Shown one piece after another: positions 33,104 to 40,636 of a DNA stretch of 52,143 nt. The stretch lies in IMG/VR virus record IMGVR_UViG_3300042908_001490, positions 1-52,143 of that record. One strand, written 5' to 3'. Numbering within the stretch: position 1 is the first letter of the stretch; each line of letters begins with the position of its first letter. A program made the translations under genes and the position numbers. The notes beneath the pieces are model-generated. The model was not told the DNA's origin. It did no database searches and saw only the letters and a list, made by a program, of their open reading frames with translations. Source of the DNA: a virus.

Positions 33104-33520
33104 TTAGTTTTGCAATGCACTTCTTTCTAAGTGCTTGTCTTCAGTTGTGGGCGTGACTCCCACCCACTGCTCGGTCACAACTTCAATTTTCAGGATGCGG
33201 AGAAGCCCCGCATAATTGAAAATTACTTGATTATCTTGGGTAGTTTCCCGCTTGTTTTGAGGTGCGAGAAACACGGAAATTCCAGCTTTTAGCCATAATT
33301 CTTGCAAAGGAAGTGGCGCAACTGCTACCACTATGGAATCTTTGGGGATACTGTGCGCGATCGCTTCTGTCTCACCCAATGGCATTTCTAAGAACTTAAT
33401 GTTGTCTCCATCGCGGATAATATTAGAAATTGTGCCACGAAACTGTTGAGTAATTGTGCCGCCCAAATCATTGATCATTTGGGGTTGTGCTTCGTGACGG
33501 GAAAAAAAATAAACATTCAT
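33104..33520 (-). CDS. hypothetical protein
   Basis: The ATG at 33520 has an ATGA overlap with the upstream gene. Confidence 0.55.
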   Translation of the reverse strand: MNVYFFSRHEAQPQMINDLGGTITQQFRGTISNIIRDGDNIKFLEMPLGETEAIAHSIPKDSIVVAVAPLPLQELWLKAGISVFLAPQNKRETTQDNQVIFNYAGLLRILKIEVVTEQWVGVTPTTEDKHLERSALQN

Positions 33521-33882
33521 GTTGTCCACTCCAGAAATTCAATCTTTAAATTCATAACTTGACTCATCAACTGATAGTTGAATTTTGACGCGAACATTGC
33601 GTTAGATTCAACTGGGGAAACTCCTGATTGCCAGCTAACAGATATGTGAGGATATTTGTTAGCGCAGGGAATACAATCAGGAAGTTTGACAGCTACAGCT
33701 TGTATTTTGCCGTTCCAAGCTTCGTACAATGCCGTAGCTTCAAACTCTACTCCTTCCCACCCTTTCCAGTCATCTCTCTCAACCCCAAACTGTAGGGTTA
33801 CGTGGTGTGGTTGACCTTGGGAATATCGTGGGGCGATATTGACTGGACTCTGAGTTACACCCCACAGGATGCCTTGGATCAC
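33517..33882 (-). CDS. 2H-phosphoesterase-like protein
   Basis: There are two HxT/Sx tetrapeptides, PHHVTLQF and YPHISVSW, about 60 residues apart. The protein is only 121 aa. Confidence 0.45.
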   Translation of the reverse strand: MIQGILWGVTQSPVNIAPRYSQGQPHHVTLQFGVERDDWKGWEGVEFEATALYEAWNGKIQAVAVKLPDCIPCANKYPHISVSWQSGVSPVESNAMFASKFNYQLMSQVMNLKIEFLEWTT

Positions 33883-34148
33883 TTTATTGCTTCCAGATTG
33901 TATGCTTGTTCGCCTCTCACAATAAAGACTTTGTCTTTATTGTCAGTAGTTTTTAGCTTGACAACTCGGCTGCTTGGAATAATAGCCACTACTACACATT
34001 GGAAATCACCCATAGCATGATGATAAACAACACTAGAAAAAAGGCTAATGCCTTTGTTTTCTAATACTTTCTCTAGCCCTCCCTGCGAGGATAAGGGAGG
34101 AACATCGTTTACTACTCGCCCTATTGAAAATTTGTGATGCGATCCCAT
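33879..34148 (-). CDS. hypothetical protein
   Basis: 89-aa ORF from the ORF track. Confidence 0.5.
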   Translation of the reverse strand: MGSHHKFSIGRVVNDVPPLSSQGGLEKVLENKGISLFSSVVYHHAMGDFQCVVVAIIPSSRVVKLKTTDNKDKVFIVRGEQAYNLEAIK

Positions 34149-34239
34149 AACTTACCTCTTTACCTCTCTTTAATAATTAACTTGCCTCGTCAGCACCCAA
34201 GTTGTAATCTTGAGTGGACGGGATTATTCCCGTTTCGGC

Positions 34240-34716
34240 TTAATCTCTATTACGTTGATAGTCGTTAGAACTGCCTAATGATGGCGTTGACCTTCCCGAC
34301 AACTTTGGATTGTACCGGGCTAATGCCTGTAATAACTCAAACAGGCACTCATCAGAATCGCTCATATTAGAGTTACCTAATTCTGCTACCTCATATTCCA
34401 TAGAAGTAGTTGGCAAGTCATCACCATAGGTTATTTCTGGAATGTCGGATTCCTTCCCTGGTTGTTCTGGTTCAGTCCAACTAGCCTCAACAACACAATC
34501 AACCCATTCAACTTGTAGGGATTGAAAACGCTTTTGACATAATGGGAATTTTGCCAATTCACTTGTAACTTTAATGAAATGTTTAGTGGGGATGCGTACT
34601 ATTGACATAGCTGTTTTTCCTTTTTTGTATACGCCGATGCTGTCATCAACCGCTAAAGTACAAGTAATTTTCACTGCTTGCACTTTAGCGATCGCGGAAC
34701 TAAGGAGTTCCGACAT
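34240..34716 (-). CDS. hypothetical protein, paralogue A (shared N-terminal module)
   Basis: The N-terminus ...VQAVKITCTLAVDDSIGVYKKGKT is shared with 34723-35007. The C-terminus is acidic. Confidence 0.55.
   Translation of the reverse strand: MSELLSSAIAKVQAVKITCTLAVDDSIGVYKKGKTAMSIVRIPTKHFIKVTSELAKFPLCQKRFQSLQVEWVDCVVEASWTEPEQPGKESDIPEITYGDDLPTTSMEYEVAELGNSNMSDSDECLFELLQALARYNPKLSGRSTPSLGSSNDYQRNRD
34611..34713. repeat. 103-bp direct repeat, copy A
   Basis: It matches 34935-35047 with one mismatch by my reading. It covers the gene's 5' end and the palindrome CGGAACTAAGGAGTTCCG (34695-34712). Confidence 0.9.
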
Positions 34717-34722
34717 TTGTAC

Positions 34723-35007
34723 TTAGGCGATCGCCTGGATAATTTTATGTGCCTGTTTGCCAGACATACCGTCTGGCAACTGAATCCCGACCATATTGAC
34801 CGCAGGTGCGGTCATGTCATCGGATAGACCGGAGTTCCAGTCGTAATCCGGCGCAACAGTCAGTGTTGCGCCGGGAATGGCTGCCAACACTTTTTCAGCA
34901 TTTTCTACCTTAACTCTAATTACTTTCATATTCTCTGTTTTTCCTTTTTTGTATACGCCGATGCTGTCACCAACCGCTAAAGTACAAGTAATTTTCACTG
35001 CTTGCAC
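34723..35007 (-). CDS. hypothetical protein, paralogue B (shared N-terminal module)
   Basis: GTG start. VQAVKITCTLAVGDSIGVYKKGKT is followed by unrelated sequence. Confidence 0.55.
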   Translation of the reverse strand: MQAVKITCTLAVGDSIGVYKKGKTENMKVIRVKVENAEKVLAAIPGATLTVAPDYDWNSGLSDDMTAPAVNMVGIQLPDGMSGKQAHKIIQAIA

Positions 35008-35047
35008 TTTAGCGATCGCGGAACTAAGGAGTTCCGATTATGGTGCG
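34935..35047. repeat. 103-bp direct repeat, copy B
   Basis: See copy A. The palindrome is at 35029-35046. Confidence 0.9.
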
Positions 35048-35105
35048 ATGTGGTGCGATCGCTCATTTCCGGTATTTAGGAATGGGAAAGGGCGATCGCT
35101 GCAAA

Positions 35106-35387
35106 TTAAAAATGTTTAGTTGCCCGCCGATGAGATTCTTTCTCTATCGTTGAATAGTAGAATTTTTCTGGGTAAAAAGAGACATTGTTTCTACTAGAAA
35201 AACTTGCTGCTTTTTTAGGGCAATTGAAAATGTGAAAGTAGCAGTTGCGATCGCCATCTTTCACTTCTTCAATTTGGACTTCCCAGAACTTCTTTTCTTG
35301 GGACTTTAAATAGCTTGGACGTTCCAGCGCTTTTATGTTTCCCCCTCCCCTAGTTTGTCTCATCAGTGCATAGGCTACCAACCTCAT
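35106..35387 (-). CDS. hypothetical protein
   Basis: 93-aa ORF from the ORF track. Confidence 0.45.
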   Translation of the reverse strand: MRLVAYALMRQTRGGGNIKALERPSYLKSQEKKFWEVQIEEVKDGDRNCYFHIFNCPKKAASFSSRNNVSFYPEKFYYSTIEKESHRRATKHF

Positions 35388-35479
35388 GCAGACAGGGTTG
35401 CTAACCCTGTTTCGACTTTATGCTTCGTCCAGTAAAATTGCGATCGCATCTTGGATGCCCCACAGGATACCTTTAGGCA

Positions 35480-36310
35480 TTAGCTCTCTTCTGCGTCGAT
35501 GTATTCAGACTCATCGTAGTCATAGTCTTCATAATCTTCCCCTACTTCCTCCATCTGTCTTTCATTTTTAGACTTAGGTGGCTCGGCAAGAATCTCCAAC
35601 AATCTCCGATAAGAAACTGAATAGTCTCTTTCGACACAATCACCATCTTTTAAGATGAAGTAATTTTTGTTATTTGAAGAATACTTCTCGGACAATACTA
35701 TATAGGGATAGTAAACGTCAGGATTAGAGCTTTCCCAAGCTCTCTCGAATCCTATAGGCTTGGGAACTGGAATGTAGCCAAACTCTAATAATTGAGCATC
35801 ACGCTCATCTGGATTATTTTCAGCCCGGCAATTAGCTAGACTATCAAGAACCCAAGTAGGAGTAGGAAATTCTGTATCACTGGGATTGATAGCTACTAAC
35901 TCTTGGGGAACTACAATTTCGCCATCTTTTGACCATTTGTAGCTATACACTAATTGAGTAATGGCTTCGTAATGACAGCCACCAACTCGATCATCTGGAA
36001 GATAGCACTCGATAATACCCCCTTTAAACTCCATCTTGTCTGAGAAGCAATACTGCAAGAAGACATAAGTTCCCGAAGTGCTGGAATATTCTATGGTCAT
36101 GGCTTTCTCGTTAAATGCCATTTCTAGACTTGCACTACCAAATCCGCAGTCGCTAAAAGACCTGCTAAGTTGAATTTTTAGGAATGAGGCATAAACTTCC
36201 TCAATACTGTTCCCGGCAGGGATATAAGTAGTATTGATGGATTTAGATAATCCTGCTAACCAGTAGTTAGCACCGTCAAAGTTGTCAAATTCTGTTTTAA
36301 GTAATTGCAT
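35480..36310 (-). CDS. hypothetical protein with strongly acidic C-terminal tail
   Basis: 276 aa. The tail reads EEVGEDYEDYDYDESEYIDAEES. Confidence 0.65.
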   Translation of the reverse strand: MQLLKTEFDNFDGANYWLAGLSKSINTTYIPAGNSIEEVYASFLKIQLSRSFSDCGFGSASLEMAFNEKAMTIEYSSTSGTYVFLQYCFSDKMEFKGGIIECYLPDDRVGGCHYEAITQLVYSYKWSKDGEIVVPQELVAINPSDTEFPTPTWVLDSLANCRAENNPDERDAQLLEFGYIPVPKPIGFERAWESSNPDVYYPYIVLSEKYSSNNKNYFILKDGDCVERDYSVSYRRLLEILAEPPKSKNERQMEEVGEDYEDYDYDESEYIDAEES

Positions 36311-36343
36311 ATCGCTCTCTATCTCGCTTGTTTTCCATATCTA

Positions 36344-36357
36344 TAGTTGTACACCAT
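36344..36357. promoter_or_regulatory. TGTACA-centred box, copy 1
   Basis: tagttgtacaccat is identical to 36586-36599. It lies upstream of the gene 35480-36310. Confidence 0.5.
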
Positions 36358-36573
36358 CTATTCTGAAATGTCAACTACTTTCCCGAAATTTTCTTGAAAC
36401 CACTCCAATGGCTTATCTGCTAACACTTCTACGAAATTGACTAAATCAGGATTGACAGTTTTCCCGTAACTGCGGGCATATCCTACAGATATTAGTTTTC
36501 TAGTTAAATTCTTTTTACAAGCCTCTGTGCATCTAGCTTTTATCTCTGTTGTCCGGTTTAATGATGGGCGCAT
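36358..36573 (-). CDS. hypothetical protein
   Basis: MRPSLNRTTEIKARCTEACKKNL... read from the ATG at 36573. The N-terminus of the longer track ORF covers a promoter-like TTGACA. Confidence 0.5.
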   Translation of the reverse strand: MRPSLNRTTEIKARCTEACKKNLTRKLISVGYARSYGKTVNPDLVNFVEVLADKPLEWFQENFGKVVDISE

Positions 36574-36585
36574 AATTTTATTTGT

Positions 36586-36599
36586 TAGTTGTACACCAT
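36586..36599. promoter_or_regulatory. TGTACA-centred box, copy 2
   Basis: tagttgtacaccat lies 13 nt upstream of the ATG at 36573. TTGACA lies 19 nt further upstream on the minus strand. Confidence 0.5.
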
Positions 36600-36806
36600 T
36601 AACTATAACAGAGATTTTTGTCAAGGGGTAGTCACGCGAATGAGGAAATATCCAAGAATCCCCATAGAATCAGGATTTGGAGTATCAACTACTGCAACTA
36701 TCTATTAATTCCCTATGGCTATAGTTAAATGCTTATGCTAAAATTAAAACACCTCCCCAAATGCAACTCCGGGAAGGTGTTTCTTATTCTGTACAAACCT
36801 TTGATT

Positions 36807-37922
36807 ATGACTACTATAACATCATCCGGCTTTTTTACGCAAGTCCTAGGCGAAGTTTCTCACCCAATTAATATAGTGAGAGAATATTTAGAAGCATTCG
36901 GCAACAAATGTAAAGCCGCGATCATAACTTGGCTTGACTCATGGACACGCACCAAGATTGCTCAAGGCAAGGACACATGGGTTTGGGAGCGTCAACGCAA
37001 CTTAGCGAAAGAATTGGGATACAACAAGGAAACAATCAATATCCACTTAAACAAGCTAATTGATGATGGCATTATCGAAGTAGCTTTACAAACACCAAAT
37101 AGCTGCTCACGTCTGCTTAAATACAGATTGAATATTGATAACTTAGCTATATTCCTTGGACAGAAAGGGTTTTCGCCATTAAATCGGAATTCCGTACATG
37201 GTAAAACGGATTCCCGGACAACAGAAGACGGAAATCCAGACAGTAACCTAATTCATTCTCTTAATTCAAATATTCCTAACTCTAGTGAATTAATCAATAA
37301 CAGTGATGATGTTGAAGCGCACCCAATTCCTAATTTAGAAGAATTAAGAGAAGAGAAGCCTGTAATTGATCCTCCTGTTGACAAGCCAAAACTAAAATCC
37401 CAACTAGAACAGATAACTCCTCATGAAGACCAGAGTTCCGCCGCCCCGCAGCGCGACGTAACAAATCCAGACGCAGAAATAAATAATCAATTAGTAGCAA
37501 GTTTAGGCGTTACTTTGAATCCTAAGCTAAAACGATTCCTAGCGTCCGTAGCAGCGGAAGAGGTACTAAAGGGACTCGCTGCTTACTACTACGCCACAGA
37601 AGTCAAGGAAGCAGCGATCGCAAGTAAAACTGGTTTTATCATTGACTCCATCAAAAATAACTACTTCGAGAACGAAAATATGTGGATTAACGCGAACGAA
37701 CGGGATAGGTTGTACTTCTTGTTGTCGGCTGGCGCGATCGCAATGGGAGTAGATTTAGTTGGTGGATGGACTGGGGCGATATACAGGGGCGAAATGCTGT
37801 TTAACGGAAAAGACGGCGAAGGAAAGGTTCTCAACTTTAATTTAGTGGCAGAACTGCTTTCTCGCGTAGGACTTGCTAAGACACTGGAAGCTATGCTGGA
37901 GAATTACCTCCTGTCAATTTAA
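36807..37922 (+). CDS. second replication initiator-like winged-helix protein
   Basis: The wHTH-like segment is LAKELGYNKETINIHLNKLIDDGIIEV. It shares QITPHEDQSSAAP with 14811-16151. The ATG at 36807 lies inside the longer track ORF. Confidence 0.55.
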   Translation: MTTITSSGFFTQVLGEVSHPINIVREYLEAFGNKCKAAIITWLDSWTRTKIAQGKDTWVWERQRNLAKELGYNKETINIHLNKLIDDGIIEVALQTPNSCSRLLKYRLNIDNLAIFLGQKGFSPLNRNSVHGKTDSRTTEDGNPDSNLIHSLNSNIPNSSELINNSDDVEAHPIPNLEELREEKPVIDPPVDKPKLKSQLEQITPHEDQSSAAPQRDVTNPDAEINNQLVASLGVTLNPKLKRFLASVAAEEVLKGLAAYYYATEVKEAAIASKTGFIIDSIKNNYFENENMWINANERDRLYFLLSAGAIAMGVDLVGGWTGAIYRGEMLFNGKDGEGKVLNFNLVAELLSRVGLAKTLEAMLENYLLSI

Positions 37923-38034
37923 CTGGAGCAAATGGACTGCGATCGCTCATATCGTGTGCTACCATAGAGAAACACCGGAACTCGTTTGACTTCATATAGG
38001 CTTCATGCCTTGCGAGTTATCAGGGATGGTGTTT

Positions 38035-38106
38035 CGCGGGGTAGTTTAAGTGGTAAAACGCTGCTTTGAGAGCAGCAAAAGGACGGTTCGATTCCTCCCC
38101 CTGCGG
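38035..38106 (+). tRNA. tRNA-like gene, anticodon UGA (Ser codon family), non-canonical
   Basis: I folded it by hand. The acceptor is CGCGGGG/CCCTGCG with one G:U pair. The D arm is GTTT-AAGTGGTA-AAAC. The anticodon arm is GCTGC-TTTGAGA-GCAGC. The T loop is TTCGATT, with a bulged C in the T stem. Position 26 is absent and the variable loop is short. Confidence 0.5.
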
Positions 38107-38116
38107 TTTTATAGCC

Positions 38117-38142
38117 AAAAAAATACCCTCGCGGGGAGGGTA
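38117..38142 (-). terminator. intrinsic terminator
   Basis: The minus strand reads TACCCTC-CCCGC-GAGGGTA followed by TTTTTTT. Confidence 0.7.
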
Positions 38143-38311
38143 GGGATTGTCTATTTTCTAATTGACTCTTGCGCGATCGCTCGCTCACAGGCTTTTATTT
38201 CATCTTCGTACCAGTAGTAATCTGATGTGCCGTATCTAGTGAATCGTTGGGCTTCTTTTAAGTCGCGTAATACTTCTGTTAGCAGTGGCTAGATAGCCGT
38301 TATTATCTTGC

Positions 38312-38674
38312 TCAATCGTGATTGTTAAGTTCATTTTGTTTCTCCAAAATTTCATCTATTAGTTGATCGACCTGGGATAAGTTCTCAGCGCGAATCTTTC
38401 TAAGTTGCTTTACGGTAGGCAAATACTGTAAAGCGATATATAGATTTTCTCCAAAACCGATCGCAACTTTTTCTTTGTTGCAATGCTTGAGCAAATCTTC
38501 TTCGGGAAGGTCTAAAACTTTGGCAAGTTTCCTCGCTACTTGCTTTGTCGGGGTTCTCTTCCCTGACTCAATGCAAGACAAGAATGAGAGGGAAATTTTA
38601 GCTTCTTTAGCTAACTTTGTCTGGGTTAAAGATGCTTTCTCTCTTGCATCTTTAATTATTGTTGCTATTGTCAT
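38312..38674 (-). CDS. XRE-family HTH regulator
   Basis: IKDAREKASLTQTKLAKEAKISLSFLSCIESGKRTP. Confidence 0.8.
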   Translation of the reverse strand: MTIATIIKDAREKASLTQTKLAKEAKISLSFLSCIESGKRTPTKQVARKLAKVLDLPEEDLLKHCNKEKVAIGFGENLYIALQYLPTVKQLRKIRAENLSQVDQLIDEILEKQNELNNHD

Positions 38675-38717
38675 TTGGTTGGGGCGATCGCATTGGTGAG
38701 CGATCGCAATAAATAAT

Positions 38718-38951
38718 TTAAACTAATTCCCAGGAGCCGTCTTCATTCTGTTTGATGTTTGACTCTTCGACGCAAAATGTTTCTGTGCCTGGAGCATCGC
38801 ATTTAGCGAAGCCGTTTTTAATTAAATCTGCTTCAGTATCATCAGCAGACAAAGTAAATACTTCGCAGAAATTACCATTCTTGTAACCCCATCTGCATTC
38901 ACCATCTAATTCAATTTTGTCAAAAACATAATAATTGATTGTTGCATTCAT
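38718..38951 (-). CDS. small hypothetical protein (77 aa)
   Basis: MNATINYYVFDKIELDGECRW... read from the internal ATG, with GGGAG upstream. The N-terminus of the longer track ORF covers the promoter. Confidence 0.55.
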   Translation of the reverse strand: MNATINYYVFDKIELDGECRWGYKNGNFCEVFTLSADDTEADLIKNGFAKCDAPGTETFCVEESNIKQNEDGSWELV

Positions 38952-39057
38952 GATATTTTGCTCCCTAGTGTATTTTGAATTGTGCGGATAAGGCGATAGC
39001 TTCGCTCGCCACAGGCATCGCACCCAGCACCATTTTCTCTCTGACTTCTCTATATTC

Positions 39058-39079
39058 TCATATTCATAAAAGATTGTCA
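39058..39079 (-). promoter_or_regulatory. conserved promoter element, copy 3
   Basis: The minus strand reads TTGACAATCTTTTATGAATATG, followed by a GAATAT -10 at 17-bp spacing. Confidence 0.55.
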
Positions 39080-39104
39080 AGAGAGAAAGTAAAAAATATT
39101 CAGG

Positions 39105-39314
39105 TTAGCTATTCGCTTTGTATGCCGACACGCCTGAGTTGTGAGCCGCAACGAATTTAGCCGCTTTTTCTTCTTCCCACCCCCACTTATTGATTAGGGT
39201 GTACTCTGCATTTTTAAACCACCAAGCTAAATTTACAGTCATTGGAGTTTCGGCATTTCTGGATAAGGCTTTTAATAGCCCTGACTGAGTTTTATAATTC
39301 ATGGGATTTTGCAT
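39105..39314 (-). CDS. hypothetical protein
   Basis: 69-aa ORF from the ORF track. Confidence 0.55.
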   Translation of the reverse strand: MQNPMNYKTQSGLLKALSRNAETPMTVNLAWWFKNAEYTLINKWGWEEEKAAKFVAAHNSGVSAYKANS

Positions 39315-39343
39315 TTTTCTACTCCTAAATTATCGAGAACCAA

Positions 39344-39532
39344 TCAAAATAGCCGCAGGATTGCAACTAAAGCATCTGAGACTATTTCTGCGGCTGCAAA
39401 TCCGGCTTCCAGTCCATCCTCGAAGTCAGAAGACCAATGATCGTCCTCCTTTCTTCTTCTTCTAGACTTTTTGGTTTTTGGATAAGAAACTCTTAACCCG
39501 GACTCTGCCGATTTTTTCTTTTTGCGGGGCAT
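39344..39532 (-). CDS. hypothetical protein, basic N-terminus
   Basis: MPRKKKKSAESGLRVSYPKTKKSRRRRKEDD... Confidence 0.5.
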   Translation of the reverse strand: MPRKKKKSAESGLRVSYPKTKKSRRRRKEDDHWSSDFEDGLEAGFAAAEIVSDALVAILRLF

Positions 39533-39535
39533 GGC

Positions 39536-40021
39536 TTATACAATTCCTAAATCTTTTTTCAACTCATCAATTGACATTACTTGAACCCAATAGAACCCCT
39601 GTTTGTCTTCTTTGAAACAATAATAGATAGGAGTAGATCCAATATGAGTTTTAGGTTCTCCAACGGCAAATGCTCCTCTAGCGTGAAAATCTGGAGGCAA
39701 TACACAAAGCATTTCGTCGTACAGTTCCTCATCAGTTTCAACCCAGACTTTTTTGCCCTTATTCCAGTTATCGGCGGCTACTTCAAGAGGACGCACCCAC
39801 CAAGATTTGTATTTATCTAGGATTTCCTGTAACTTGATGGGAGTGCATTCGAGAACAGTAAACATTTCGCCGTTGATCATTGCATCAAGTCTGCAAAAAC
39901 CTTGTGCTTTATTCCACATTTCTAGACTGAATGTGGTTTTTTGATCTTGAGCGTCGAAGCACTCAATACATCCAGTGCTATTGGACTTTAAAAAGTTCCA
40001 GAAGTCTTTTAATGTGTTCAT
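39536..40021 (-). CDS. hypothetical protein
   Basis: The ATG at 40021 (MNTLKDFWNF...) lies inside the GTG-initiated track ORF. Confidence 0.6.
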   Translation of the reverse strand: MNTLKDFWNFLKSNSTGCIECFDAQDQKTTFSLEMWNKAQGFCRLDAMINGEMFTVLECTPIKLQEILDKYKSWWVRPLEVAADNWNKGKKVWVETDEELYDEMLCVLPPDFHARGAFAVGEPKTHIGSTPIYYCFKEDKQGFYWVQVMSIDELKKDLGIV

Positions 40022-40106
40022 AGTCGGTAACGGGGTGTGAAACTTTTTCCCCACAGTGAGAGTTAATTCGGATTAACTGCCACTGCGGGAAAGCGATCGC
40101 GGTGGC

Positions 40107-40298
40107 TTATACCAAGTCAAAAGATGTAGAGTTAAATTCATCCATGAACTTGCGATCGTGCTTATTATTTTTCACGAAAGCGTGAAAAATAGCCTGGGCA
40201 GTTGCGCGATCGCTGTAACCTTGTTTAGTCTCTTGAAAAATGGTAAACAGAGAGTCGCCGTGTTTCCATTTAGATTGCATGATATTAAGTATTTGCAT
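40107..40298 (-). CDS. hypothetical protein
   Basis: The internal ATG at 40298 (MQILNIMQSKW...) lies downstream of the paired-HIP1 hairpin. Confidence 0.5.
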   Translation of the reverse strand: MQILNIMQSKWKHGDSLFTIFQETKQGYSDRATAQAIFHAFVKNNKHDRKFMDEFNSTSFDLV

Positions 40299-40363
40299 GA
40301 GTTTTTTATTCCTGTAGTGTAATGTTGGTTGTGCGATCGCATTAAGAGGCGATCGCAATTTAA

Positions 40364-40636
40364 CTAAATAACGTTGCAATCTTCTAGCCAGTCAGAATCA
40401 TCAAAAAATGATTCATAGGGTGTTTCTTCCTCTGGCTTTGGCTCTATCTTTACGCCGTTAATGGAAATACTTAATTGTCCAGTTGCTATTAAGTATTCCA
40501 GCACTACACCAGCGATCGCATCTAGTGGTTGTGCTTTATCAGCGATAATAGGATTATCCAAATCATTTGTGCCATCCAATTCGATGACCGCATTGTAATA
40601 ACCGGACATCTTGGTGCAGTCAATGTTAATTTCCAT
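40364..40636 (-). CDS. hypothetical acidic protein
   Basis: MEINIDCTKMSGYYNAVIELDG... read from the internal ATG at 40636. Confidence 0.55.
   Translation of the reverse strand: MEINIDCTKMSGYYNAVIELDGTNDLDNPIIADKAQPLDAIAGVVLEYLIATGQLSISINGVKIEPKPEEETPYESFFDDSDWLEDCNVI

Noticed and set aside
38003-38188. 61-aa minus-strand ORF
   Set aside because: It overlaps the tRNA-like gene and the terminator hairpin. Its composition is that of structured RNA read in reverse.
38151-38288. Coding-looking 45-codon frame PLLTEVLRDLKEAQRFTRYGTSDYYWYEDEIKACERAIAQESIRK on the minus strand
   Set aside because: It has no ATG, GTG or TTG start after the in-frame TAG at 38289-38291. It is out of frame with the upstream XRE gene. 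It may be a gene remnant, but I cannot support a call.
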